DNA of 24,281 nt, from NCBI GenBank assembly GCA_031370005.1, contig JANMPT010000109.1, positions 1-24,281 on the forward strand. Direction: 5' to 3'. Shown piece by piece: positions 1 to 8,196 of this stretch. Source of the stretch: Bdellovibrionales bacterium (GTDB taxonomy: Bacteria; Bdellovibrionota; Bdellovibrionia; Bdellovibrionales; Bdellovibrionaceae). A program made the translations under genes and the position numbers. Within the stretch, counting starts at the first letter, position 1; every line of letters begins with the position of its first letter. The notes under the pieces are model-generated. The model did no database searches and was not told the origin of the DNA. It saw only the letters and a list, made by a program, of their open reading frames with translations.

Positions 1-1
1 C

Positions 2-214
2 ACTAAAGCCTATCGCGGAAGCAAGCTCTCCACTCCCTTTTGGCAGGGCTTAGCCTTTACCAGGGTATTAAAAAGCTCTTTTGAAGAGATGCAGCTTAAA
101 GGCTATTTTCAGGCCAATCGCGAGCAGGCTGAGAGGGGCTATTCTGCTCGGCAAGAGTATTTAGATAGATTCAACCGCTGGGTTTATCGACTGCGGGTAC
201 AGGATTACTCCTGA
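2..214 (+). CDS. 3' end of an unidentified gene entering from the left edge (partial)
   Basis: Frame is open from base 2 to TGA at 212-214 (TKAYRGSKLSTPFWQG...WVYRLRVQDYS*). No family recognised. Confidence 0.55.
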   Translation, partial: TKAYRGSKLSTPFWQGLAFTRVLKSSFEEMQLKGYFQANREQAERGYSARQEYLDRFNRWVYRLRVQDYS

Positions 215-261
215 GGGCTTGGCATGAAAGACCCAGATGAAAAACGAATTCTTAACTAGAT

Positions 262-290
262 CAGAGTCAAAATTATGACAGAGTCAAAAT
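262..290. repeat. 12-bp direct repeat CAGAGTCAAAAT x2 (17-bp period), overlapping the palindrome GTCAAAATTATGAC (266-279)
   Basis: Read directly at 262-273 and 279-290, in the intergenic region upstream of the SLT gene. Confidence 0.6.
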
Positions 291-422
291 AGCGTCGGCA
301 TAGAATAAAATATGCCTGCTTCTGGTCTTTTTTTTGTGAGTCATTCTAGCCGCTTGCCGAGCCCCTGGGTTTTGGTCATATAAGCACCGCATTTGCTCCA
401 TGAGTTCCCCGTAGGGGGAACC

Positions 423-1190
423 GTGAAAATAAATAATTTTCTTTCCATTCTCTGCGCCCTCATCATGATGATTACAGCTACTAGTTGCGCGAAAAAAACT
501 GATTTTGAAGCCCCAGGTTCAAACTCAGCATCCAGTCAAACAGAGCCCAGTCCCGATAAAGGCCCTGGGCCAAGCCCCAGTCCCGATCCCGATAATAGAG
601 TCGCAGATGGCTATCAAGCTTACCCACTGCTTTGGGAGTCTGTAAGAACAGCAGGTAAGGATTGGAGCAATTATGTCTTCACATTAATTCAGCAACAGGC
701 TCCTAGCCTAATCCAAGGCGCAGACGACATAGCGACTTTTTGTCCAAACTATGCTCACCTGACGACGAACGAAAGGGTGAATCTTTGGGGTCTGCTCGTC
801 TCTGCCATAACGAAATATGAGAGTGGTTTTGATCCAACAAGCCGTATGCAAGAGACCACTATGGGAATCGATCCCGTAACTGGCGAGCCTGTTTTTAGTG
901 AAGGGCTTTTACAACTTTCCTATCAAGATATCAAAGCCTACTCATTCTGCGATGAATTTAACTGGAGTCTAGACAAAAATCTCAACCCTACGGACCCCCG
1001 TAAAACTATCTTGGATCCCTATAAAAATCTTAAATGCGGTGTGAAAATTCTGGCACAACAAATTAGGGATAAAAATCGAATTACCCTTTCTAAAGGGGTT
1101 TATTGGTCCGTCATAAAGATCAACGGTAAATATAGCAAGATAATGCAAATTGCTACATTGACCAAAAAGATGCCCGGATGTATGAACTGA
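423..1190 (+). CDS. Lytic transglycosylase (SLT/lysozyme-like) lipoprotein with Pro/Ser-rich linker
   Basis: GTG at 423 follows AGGGGG (SD-like). Lipobox-like ATSC after a hydrophobic stretch; linker PSPDKGPGPSPSPDPD. SLT motifs AITKYESGFDP (catalytic Glu), GLLQL and LDPYKNLKCGVKIL. Confidence 0.8.
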   Translation: MKINNFLSILCALIMMITATSCAKKTDFEAPGSNSASSQTEPSPDKGPGPSPSPDPDNRVADGYQAYPLLWESVRTAGKDWSNYVFTLIQQQAPSLIQGADDIATFCPNYAHLTTNERVNLWGLLVSAITKYESGFDPTSRMQETTMGIDPVTGEPVFSEGLLQLSYQDIKAYSFCDEFNWSLDKNLNPTDPRKTILDPYKNLKCGVKILAQQIRDKNRITLSKGVYWSVIKINGKYSKIMQIATLTKKMPGCMN

Positions 1191-1194
1191 ATCG

Positions 1195-1698
1195 ATGAAA
1201 AAAAATCGCCAAAAAGAACTTAAAGATTTCACCCTGGGGTCGGAAAAGACCCTATATCCAACAGTGTATTCTCCAAAACTCTTAGAGGCCTTTGAAAACA
1301 AAAACCCGAGCAAAGTCGCGTGGACCACCTTTGTCTGCACTGAATTTACCTCTTTATGCCCTAAAACAGGTCAGCCTGATTTTGCAAAAATATTTATTAA
1401 CTATATTGCACACAATAAGATGGTGGAGTCCAAATCATTGAAACTCTATCTTTTCAGCTATCGCAATCATGGTGACTTCCATGAAGACTGTGTTCAAAAA
1501 ATCTGCAATGACCTCGTGAAATTAATGAAACCGAAATACCTCGAAGTGATTGGCGAATTCACTCCCCGCGGTGGGATTGCGATCTATCCTTTTGCTAGCT
1601 ATGGAAATAAAGAAAAGTTTTTTCAGGAGCTCTGGTCTCGCCGGCTATCGGAATACGCCCCTGGAAAATACAGCATGGAGCTTTCAAAACTCTACTAG
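1195..1698 (+). CDS. queF: NADPH-dependent 7-cyano-7-deazaguanine reductase (preQ1 synthase), unimodular type
   Basis: EFTSLCPKTGQPDFA (catalytic Cys/Asp), QueF motif VESKSLKLYL, GDFHEDCV, FTPRGGI. Confidence 0.96.
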   Translation: MKKNRQKELKDFTLGSEKTLYPTVYSPKLLEAFENKNPSKVAWTTFVCTEFTSLCPKTGQPDFAKIFINYIAHNKMVESKSLKLYLFSYRNHGDFHEDCVQKICNDLVKLMKPKYLEVIGEFTPRGGIAIYPFASYGNKEKFFQELWSRRLSEYAPGKYSMELSKLY

Positions 1699-1744
1699 TC
1701 TCAAGACCTAGGTTGAGTAAACGTCTATTTCTAGACTTGAGACT
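1697..1744. promoter_or_regulatory. Inverted repeat AGTCTCAAG...CTTGAGACT enclosing the palindrome GTCTATTTCTAGAC (1723-1736)
   Basis: 9-bp perfect arms at 1697-1705 and 1736-1744. Could be a terminator/stability hairpin or an operator; function inferred only. Confidence 0.4.
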
Positions 1745-1770
1745 CTCTGTAGGACTCCGATTTATATCTC

Positions 1771-2622
1771 ATGTCTAGGAATTTACTTCTTATTATTCCG
1801 CTAATACTTTTTTTAAGTTCGGCGGGCCCCACTATCGCCTCCGCCGAGGATGAGACGCCAGACTTCTCCGTCTTTGAAAATCCCAATATCACCAGTCGCC
1901 CCAGCCGATCCCAGTCAAAGACTGAGGCAGAACCTCCCTGCATTACTTGCGGTCAAGAACACCCAAAGACCAAAAACCAAAAAGCGCTTGAAGCAATCAC
2001 TAAAAAAACCAAGTCTGTAGACTCCTGCATTACTTGTGACCGCGTTTTACTTAGTAAAAATAAAACCAAAAAGAAAGCTACTAAAGAAAATGCTTGGGAT
2101 CAATATCCACAAATTGCTGGATACAGTAACTCTGCAGCCGTAAATGCTATGATCAAGTATGCTGAACGCCATGCCTTTCGACACTCTCGGGGCATTTGCT
2201 ACCGCAATGTGAAAGATGCTCTTTGTCGAGCGCCTCGCGGCTCTCGCTGCAAAGGACCTTTGGTCAGCAAATATATGAACGGCACCCCCGTCTTCCCAGA
2301 GCTCCCATCCCGACAAAGAACTCGCATTGGGAAAAATGCGATTTTGAATATGAAATCCGAAGGTTTTATAAATCTTCTCGATAAGCCAGAATTCATCGAG
2401 ATCATCAAAAATCCCGCATCGGCTCCAAAAGGTGCAATCATGGTTTATCAAGGCGGAAAAAATGGTGGGCATATTGAAATTAAAACGGGATATGGTACAA
2501 CTGGATCCTATGTAAGCGATTTCAGTGCCCCGGATTCAATTATGAGAAATAAACTTGCTGGGCGAGCCAGCGCCCACTACAAATTAGTCGGTGTAATGAT
2601 TAAGCCTGCGGAGAATATCTAA
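1771..2622 (+). CDS. Secreted putative peptidoglycan amidase/endopeptidase (CHAP/NlpC-P60-like Cys-His dyad) with two N-terminal CITC motifs
   Basis: Signal peptide (..AGPTIASA|E). Pattern SRGICYRNVKDAL ... APKGAIMVY ... GGHIEIK ... YVSDF is typical of papain-like cell-wall hydrolases. Confidence 0.6.
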   Translation: MSRNLLLIIPLILFLSSAGPTIASAEDETPDFSVFENPNITSRPSRSQSKTEAEPPCITCGQEHPKTKNQKALEAITKKTKSVDSCITCDRVLLSKNKTKKKATKENAWDQYPQIAGYSNSAAVNAMIKYAERHAFRHSRGICYRNVKDALCRAPRGSRCKGPLVSKYMNGTPVFPELPSRQRTRIGKNAILNMKSEGFINLLDKPEFIEIIKNPASAPKGAIMVYQGGKNGGHIEIKTGYGTTGSYVSDFSAPDSIMRNKLAGRASAHYKLVGVMIKPAENI

Positions 2623-3056
2623 TGAAACTGCATCGTCTTTTGTTTATTATTTCAAGTCTATTCACTTTCTCTGCATACGCGGCGGAATTCAAATCCGTCG
2701 ATGAAGCCGCTAAAAAACTCAGCGCATATACCGTTGCTGATATTGATGGTGATGCCAAAAGACTTAAAGAAAACCAAGAACTCAAAATTGACCAAATGTT
2801 CAACGATCTTGAAAAGACAGAAAAATTTCTTAGAAAAAACAATTTAACCGAGGACCTTGCGCACGAAATGGAGAGAGTTTCTCTTATAACCTTTATCCAT
2901 GACCCTACTACTTTTGCCATTGATTTAATTCTCCCCGTCTATCAAAAAAACAGGATTATCTTCGAAAAAGCTGCGCAAAAACTGCATCCTTATGATCGCA
3001 ATCTCCTTATGGAAATCTTGAAAAGCAAAGATAAAGCCGAAACCGACAATGGCTAA
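2622..3056 (+). CDS. Secreted helical hypothetical protein, translationally coupled to the amidase-like gene
   Basis: TAATG stop/start overlap at 2620-2624; Sec signal ending AYA|AE. Confidence 0.75.
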   Translation: MKLHRLLFIISSLFTFSAYAAEFKSVDEAAKKLSAYTVADIDGDAKRLKENQELKIDQMFNDLEKTEKFLRKNNLTEDLAHEMERVSLITFIHDPTTFAIDLILPVYQKNRIIFEKAAQKLHPYDRNLLMEILKSKDKAETDNG

Positions 3057-3077
3057 TGTGGCCCAAGGCTGGTTCCC

Positions 3078-3090
3078 TGTAAGAATTACA
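3078..3090. promoter_or_regulatory. Palindrome TGTAA-GAA-TTACA upstream of the PTS operon (candidate sugar-regulator operator)
   Basis: 5-bp perfect arms about 95 bp upstream of ptsG. Short, so could be chance. Confidence 0.25.
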
Positions 3091-3107
3091 CGCAGATTTA
3101 TGAATCC

Positions 3108-3134
3108 TAAACACTGCAATAAGTAATTCGATAT
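3108..3134 (+). promoter_or_regulatory. Candidate sigma28 (FliA)-type promoter TAAA-N15-TTCGATAT
   Basis: Partial match to TAAA-N15-GCCGATAA with correct spacing. Confidence 0.3.
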
Positions 3135-3182
3135 CTAAAATTTCCTAGCTAAAAGAGTCTGATCATATTAAAGCATCAGACT

Positions 3183-5087
3183 ATGAAAGAAACATTCCAT
3201 CGATTTTTCTCAACTCTACAAAAAGTCGGCCAAGCACTAATGGTCCCCGTTTCTGTTTTGCCTGCAGCAGGTCTTTTGGTTGCCCTTGGCCGCATCCTTA
3301 AAGATTTGGATAAAAATAGCTCGTCTATTGGTTTTATTGGCCAGGTTTTATTTTCCGGAGGCCTGGCAATTTTTGAGCAGCTTCCATTAATTTTTGCAAT
3401 TGGTGTGGCAATTGGCTTCACTGGCGGAGCCGGTGTAGCTGGACTGGCCGCCGCTGTTGGCTATTTTACGATGATCAATATTTTAAAAATTGTGAGTGAT
3501 ACGGAAAAGCTAAATCTCGCAATTAACACCGGCGTATTCGGCGGAATTATCATCGGGCTTCTCGCTGCCCAAATCTACAATCGATTTCAGAATGTGAAGC
3601 TGCCGCAAATATTAGGATTTTTTTCAGGAAAGAGATCTGTTCCAATTCTCATGACGGCCGCAAGTTTTATACTCGCGCTGATTCTTGGTTACATTTGGCC
3701 GCCCATCCAACATGGAATATACGAATTCGGTAACTTGGTCATTAACTCCGCCTATGGTCCGGCATTTTATGCGGCTGGCAAACGCCTATTGATCCCGGTA
3801 GGTTTACATCATGTCTACTATCCACCGTTTCTATATGAATTTGGCCAGTTTGTTACGAGCTCAGGACAGGTGATTAAAGGTGAATCCGCGAGGTATTTTG
3901 CAGGCGATCCTACGGCGGGACGAATCATGGCCTCGGAGTTTCCAATTATGCTTTTTGGTTTGCCTGCAGCGGCCCTTGCGATGTTTTTAGCTGCCCCAAA
4001 AGAAAAACGGAAGGCCGTTGGCGGAGTGATGCTATCTGCTGCGCTCACGTCGATTATTACAGGTATTACGGAGCCAATCGAATTCGCATTTATTTTTGTA
4101 GCACCTCTTCTATATGTTTTGCATGTATGCTTTGCTTTTATCTCAGGCCTATTGACTGCACATTTTGATGTTCATTTGGGTTATACCTTTTCTGCATCAC
4201 TTATAGACTATGCGCTTGGATATTTTAATCAAAAAAATAGTATCTATTTATTTTTGTTGATTGGGCCGATTATTTCAATTCTATATTTTTCAAGTTTTTA
4301 TACATTCATTCGGCTTTTCAACTTTCAAACTCCTGGCAGGGAGACTGAAAAACCGAACAGTGATGCTATATTGGGCGCAACGAAAAACACCTCAAAATCA
4401 GAACTCGCTCCGAAGATTCTTAGCTCCCTTGGCGGCAAGCAAAATATTGAAAGTCTCGACGCCTGCATTACCAGGCTGCGAGTGGTGGTAAAGGATGCCT
4501 CCAAAGTTAGAGTTGATGAACTAAAAAAATTCGGCGCTGCGGGGGTCATGCAATCCGGAAAAAGTATTCAGGCCATTTTTGGTGTTGAGTCGGATTTTTT
4601 AAAAGAGGCAATTAAAGTTTCAATGACCAAATGCACTTTTCTTTCCCCCGCAAATGGGAAAGTACTTAAGCTCAGTGAAGTTCCTGACAAGACATTTGCT
4701 GAAAATATTTTAGGACAAGGCTTTGCAATCGAGCCGGATGAGGGAGTGATATACTCTCCTTGCTCTGGTCGAATTGTAAATGTATTTCCTACCAAACACG
4801 CCATTGGAATTTTATCTGACGACGGACTAGAAGTTCTAGTCCACGTCGGCATAGACAGCGTCAAGATGAAGGGCGAAGGCTTTCAAAGCTTTGTCTCAGA
4901 AGGCGACAACGTGAATGCGGGCGATAAACTCATAGAATTTAATTTGGAACTGGTTCGGCTAAAGGCATCCTCAGTGATCACTCCGATTATAATTACCAAT
5001 ATGGAAATGATAGAGAGTCTAAAAATTCTTCAAGTAGGTCAAGTGAAAGCAAAACAGATGGTGCTAGAAGGCATGTTTAAAGCATAG
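3183..5087 (+). CDS. ptsG: PTS glucose-family EIICBA transporter
   Basis: EIIC: LQKVGQALMVPVSVLPAAGLL, TGVFGGII, GFFSGKRSVP, GLHH, GITEPIEF. EIIB: DACITRLRV (phospho-Cys). EIIA: DKTFAENILGQG, HAIG, LVHVGID (phospho-His). Glucose versus GlcNAc/maltose specificity is not certain. Confidence 0.9.
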   Translation: MKETFHRFFSTLQKVGQALMVPVSVLPAAGLLVALGRILKDLDKNSSSIGFIGQVLFSGGLAIFEQLPLIFAIGVAIGFTGGAGVAGLAAAVGYFTMINILKIVSDTEKLNLAINTGVFGGIIIGLLAAQIYNRFQNVKLPQILGFFSGKRSVPILMTAASFILALILGYIWPPIQHGIYEFGNLVINSAYGPAFYAAGKRLLIPVGLHHVYYPPFLYEFGQFVTSSGQVIKGESARYFAGDPTAGRIMASEFPIMLFGLPAAALAMFLAAPKEKRKAVGGVMLSAALTSIITGITEPIEFAFIFVAPLLYVLHVCFAFISGLLTAHFDVHLGYTFSASLIDYALGYFNQKNSIYLFLLIGPIISILYFSSFYTFIRLFNFQTPGRETEKPNSDAILGATKNTSKSELAPKILSSLGGKQNIESLDACITRLRVVVKDASKVRVDELKKFGAAGVMQSGKSIQAIFGVESDFLKEAIKVSMTKCTFLSPANGKVLKLSEVPDKTFAENILGQGFAIEPDEGVIYSPCSGRIVNVFPTKHAIGILSDDGLEVLVHVGIDSVKMKGEGFQSFVSEGDNVNAGDKLIEFNLELVRLKASSVITPIIITNMEMIESLKILQVGQVKAKQMVLEGMFKA

Positions 5088-5116
5088 CAGATTGAATTTT
5101 AACAGGAGAAATCATT

Positions 5117-5377
5117 TTGGAAATCAAATTAAAATTGCTAAACGAAGAGGGCATGCATGCCCGACCAGCTGGGGTTTTAGTAAAATTAGCATCGCAATTC
5201 CAATCAAAAGTTGAACTCGAATTCAACGGTAAAAAAATCAACGCAAAATCCCTTCTCAGTATTATGTCTTTGGGGCTGACTCTGAATTCGGAATTCACAG
5301 CGCGCGCTGAGGGCAGTGATGCCGCTCTTGCTTTAAAAAGTATTGAGGATTTGGTTCAAAATGCATTTCAGGTATAG
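5117..5377 (+). CDS. ptsH: Phosphocarrier protein HPr
   Basis: GMHARPA (His15) and NAKSLLSIMSLG (Ser46 region); TTG start after AGGAG. Confidence 0.95.
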   Translation: MEIKLKLLNEEGMHARPAGVLVKLASQFQSKVELEFNGKKINAKSLLSIMSLGLTLNSEFTARAEGSDAALALKSIEDLVQNAFQV

Positions 5378-5383
5378 GCCCTT

Positions 5384-7108
5384 ATGAAAGCAATTGCGAT
5401 TTCTCCAGGCTACGCCCATGGCAAGGTCTATATTCTTCAAGATCAAGTGAATTTAAGCCATGTTTCCTTACAGACGAGTGATGTGCCGGGAGAAGTAAAT
5501 AAACTCAATTCTGCTGTTCAAAATTCCGTCACCGAAATAACAAAATTGATTTCGCAATTTAGAGCATCGAATCAAAAAGACCAAGCCGATATTTTTGAAG
5601 CACATGCTTTGATGATCGAAGATCCAGAGCTCTTGGATCAAACGACAAGCCTTATTCGAAACAAAAATATGACGGCGGCCTGGGCCTACAAAAAAACCAG
5701 CGATGACTATGCTGAAATGCTCGCAAGGCTTGAAGATGAATACTTAAAGGAGCGCGCTGCCGATGTCCGAGACATTGCTGGACGTGTTTTAAAACATATT
5801 CTCGGCACAGCTCAAGAAAGCTTGAAGCAACTTCCACTTGGCAGCATTTTGGTAGCCCACGACATCACCCCATCTCAGATGTCACTATTCGACGCCAAAC
5901 AAGTCGGGCTTAGCGTGATGGGTATTATTACTGAAATGGGGGGTAAAACTTCACACACTGCTATTTTAGCACGCGCACTTGAAATCCCCGCAGTCGCTGG
6001 CGCGACGGGACTGCTTGAAAAGATTGAGAATGGAACCGAAATTTTATTTGATGCCACTACTGGTGAGATAAAAATACAACCAAGCTCCGAGCAAATTAGG
6101 GACTTTAATCATAAAAAATCGCAATTTGAAAATCAGAAAAAGGATTTATTAAGTCTCAAAAGCCTGAAATCCGAGACCAAAGATAAAAGACAGATCCAAC
6201 TCGCTGCCAATATTGGCGGTATCGCGGATCTCCCCTCTTTAATTTCAAATGATGCCGAAGCCGTAGGCCTTTACCGGACTGAATTTGTATTTCTGGATCA
6301 CAATCGAGTACCAAGCCAAGACGAACAATTTCATATATACCGAGAGGTCTTTGAAAAGTTGGGGTCTCGGCATTGTATTATTCGTACGCTCGACATCGGC
6401 GGAGACAAACAGCTCAAGGGGCTTTCAATGGATCAAGAGCTCAATCCATTTCTGGGATTGCGGGGCGTCCGACTCTGTTTGCGCGAAAAGAGTATTTTCA
6501 AAGATCAGCTCAAGGCTATTTTGCGTGCGGCCGAGGGGCATTCGATCGGTGTAATGATTCCGATGATATCAAATATTGAAGAGATTCTTGAAACCAAAAA
6601 GATTATTGAAGAGTGTAAGACAGAGCTCCGAGCCTCACATCTGAAATTTTCTAATGACTTTGAATTTGGCGTAATGATTGAAGTTCCGAGCGCTGCAATG
6701 ATTGTCGATTTCATAAGCCGCCATGTTGATTTTATTAGCATTGGCACCAATGATCTCACTCAATATGTTTGCGCGGTGGATCGCCTCAATGACAAAGTTG
6801 AGAAATTGTATAATCCGTACAACCCTGGCTTTTTGAGAACGATGAACTCCATTTTGAATGCTGCTCGTAAAAATAATTTACCGGCTGGAATTTGTGGGTC
6901 TCTCGCACATTCTGATCTTCTAGTACCGGTGTTTATTGGAATGGGCGTCACCGAGCTCAGCATGACCTCGCAACATATTTTGCAAACTCGGAAGCTTGTA
7001 CGAAGCCTCAACTATCAAGATTGTCAAAAACTTGCTGAAGAGGTATTGTTGCTTGAGACCACCGCTGAAATCAAAGCCAAATTAACCCAGATGACAAGCC
7101 TCCGGTGA
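5384..7108 (+). CDS. ptsI: PEP-protein phosphotransferase (Enzyme I)
   Basis: ERAADVRD, GGKTSHTAILARAL (phospho-His), GLYRTEF, RTLDIGGDK, NPFLGLRGVR, MIEVP, SIGTNDLTQY. Confidence 0.97.
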   Translation: MKAIAISPGYAHGKVYILQDQVNLSHVSLQTSDVPGEVNKLNSAVQNSVTEITKLISQFRASNQKDQADIFEAHALMIEDPELLDQTTSLIRNKNMTAAWAYKKTSDDYAEMLARLEDEYLKERAADVRDIAGRVLKHILGTAQESLKQLPLGSILVAHDITPSQMSLFDAKQVGLSVMGIITEMGGKTSHTAILARALEIPAVAGATGLLEKIENGTEILFDATTGEIKIQPSSEQIRDFNHKKSQFENQKKDLLSLKSLKSETKDKRQIQLAANIGGIADLPSLISNDAEAVGLYRTEFVFLDHNRVPSQDEQFHIYREVFEKLGSRHCIIRTLDIGGDKQLKGLSMDQELNPFLGLRGVRLCLREKSIFKDQLKAILRAAEGHSIGVMIPMISNIEEILETKKIIEECKTELRASHLKFSNDFEFGVMIEVPSAAMIVDFISRHVDFISIGTNDLTQYVCAVDRLNDKVEKLYNPYNPGFLRTMNSILNAARKNNLPAGICGSLAHSDLLVPVFIGMGVTELSMTSQHILQTRKLVRSLNYQDCQKLAEEVLLLETTAEIKAKLTQMTSLR

Positions 7109-7171
7109 GCTTTTTGCAGTCAATGCTTCCGTGCAACGAACTTTAAATATGACCCAATTGAAAGGCTGCCA

Positions 7172-8176
7172 ATGACTGCAAAGATGACAATATTGAGCGC
7201 AATGACCATATTCTTTACAACGTCCGCCTTCGCCGATGACTGCGATTCGATCCGCAGTGCGATTGCCGCCTTGCCCATTGCCGGCGGCGAAGTCTTTGTC
7301 GCCAAAGGCATTTACAATTGTGGAGCTCCGATCATCATCAACCGCAGCAACGTCAGTTTACGGGGAGCAGGCCAAGATCAAGTCACCATCCGTCTCATTG
7401 ACCATGTTCATGCGCCCCTGCTGATCCTTGGTGAACCCAAAACAATCTTAAATGAACACGGCAATTACGTGGCCGAACACCGAGTCAACAACATTCACGT
7501 GTCAGACTTGTCGTTTGATGGCAATCGAGCAAACCATGATCCCAGCAAAGAATGCGGCGAGAACAGCTGTGATGGTGATCCAAGCGCTGTTCGCAACAAC
7601 GGCATCACCATCCGCGGAGCCAGCGATGTTGTCGTTGAAAACGTGACCGCTCATAGTATGATCTCTGGTGGCATGGTGACTGAAAAATACTGCCAGAACC
7701 TGATAGTTCATGATTTCAATTCATATGATAATTACTTCGATGGATTTGCAGGCTACGAAACTGAACAGAGTGAGTTTTACAATCTTTTCTTACACAATAA
7801 TCGAGGCGCTGGAATTTCAATCGATATCAATTTTAACAACAACGTCGTCCGCGACTCAAAATTATATGATAATGGTGATGTCGGAATTTTCGCGCGAAAC
7901 CTCAGCGGCAACCACTTTAATCGCCTGAGCATCCAGCGCAGCGGCAACCATGGAGTATTTTTGGCTAACGCCAATGATGCCAATTCCTGCGCACATGATA
8001 ACCAATTTGATGCTGTTCTTATCAATGGTTCCAAGCGTTCTGGTTTGCGACTCAATAATGATTGCAAAGGAAATCGTATCACTGGTGCCTCGGATTTATG
8101 TGGCAACCTAGAAGGCGGTTTTAGTGAAGAAACCAAGGGAACGCTGACTGTCGAAGACAGCGTGAACTGCCGATAA
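7172..8176 (+). CDS. Secreted right-handed parallel beta-helix repeat protein (pectin-lyase-like fold)
   Basis: Signal peptide ending AFA|DD; N-cap IRSAIAALPIAGGEVFVAKGIY; DLSFDGN; recurrent N-x-x-x-G-I/F coils. Confidence 0.8.
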   Translation: MTAKMTILSAMTIFFTTSAFADDCDSIRSAIAALPIAGGEVFVAKGIYNCGAPIIINRSNVSLRGAGQDQVTIRLIDHVHAPLLILGEPKTILNEHGNYVAEHRVNNIHVSDLSFDGNRANHDPSKECGENSCDGDPSAVRNNGITIRGASDVVVENVTAHSMISGGMVTEKYCQNLIVHDFNSYDNYFDGFAGYETEQSEFYNLFLHNNRGAGISIDINFNNNVVRDSKLYDNGDVGIFARNLSGNHFNRLSIQRSGNHGVFLANANDANSCAHDNQFDAVLINGSKRSGLRLNNDCKGNRITGASDLCGNLEGGFSEETKGTLTVEDSVNCR

Positions 8177-8196
8177 ATCCATTGGGTGGGGGCAAA

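Noticed and set aside
1195..1698. queF as part of a 7-deazaguanine DNA-modification (dpd) system
   Set aside because: No dpdA/tgt-like or other dpd genes are in the window; ordinary queuosine biosynthesis is the simpler explanation.
1939..2037. CITC/CIEC motifs as c-type heme sites
   Set aside because: None is followed by His, so they are not CxxCH.
3057..3182. RAT antiterminator (GlcT/BglG) upstream of ptsG
   Set aside because: No RAT-like sequence or overlapping terminator recognised, and no antiterminator gene nearby.
8169..8176. Perfect GCCGATAA sigma28 -10 box before the glucoamylase
   Set aside because: It is formed by the final codons of the upstream gene (C-R-stop) and lacks a correctly spaced -35 element.
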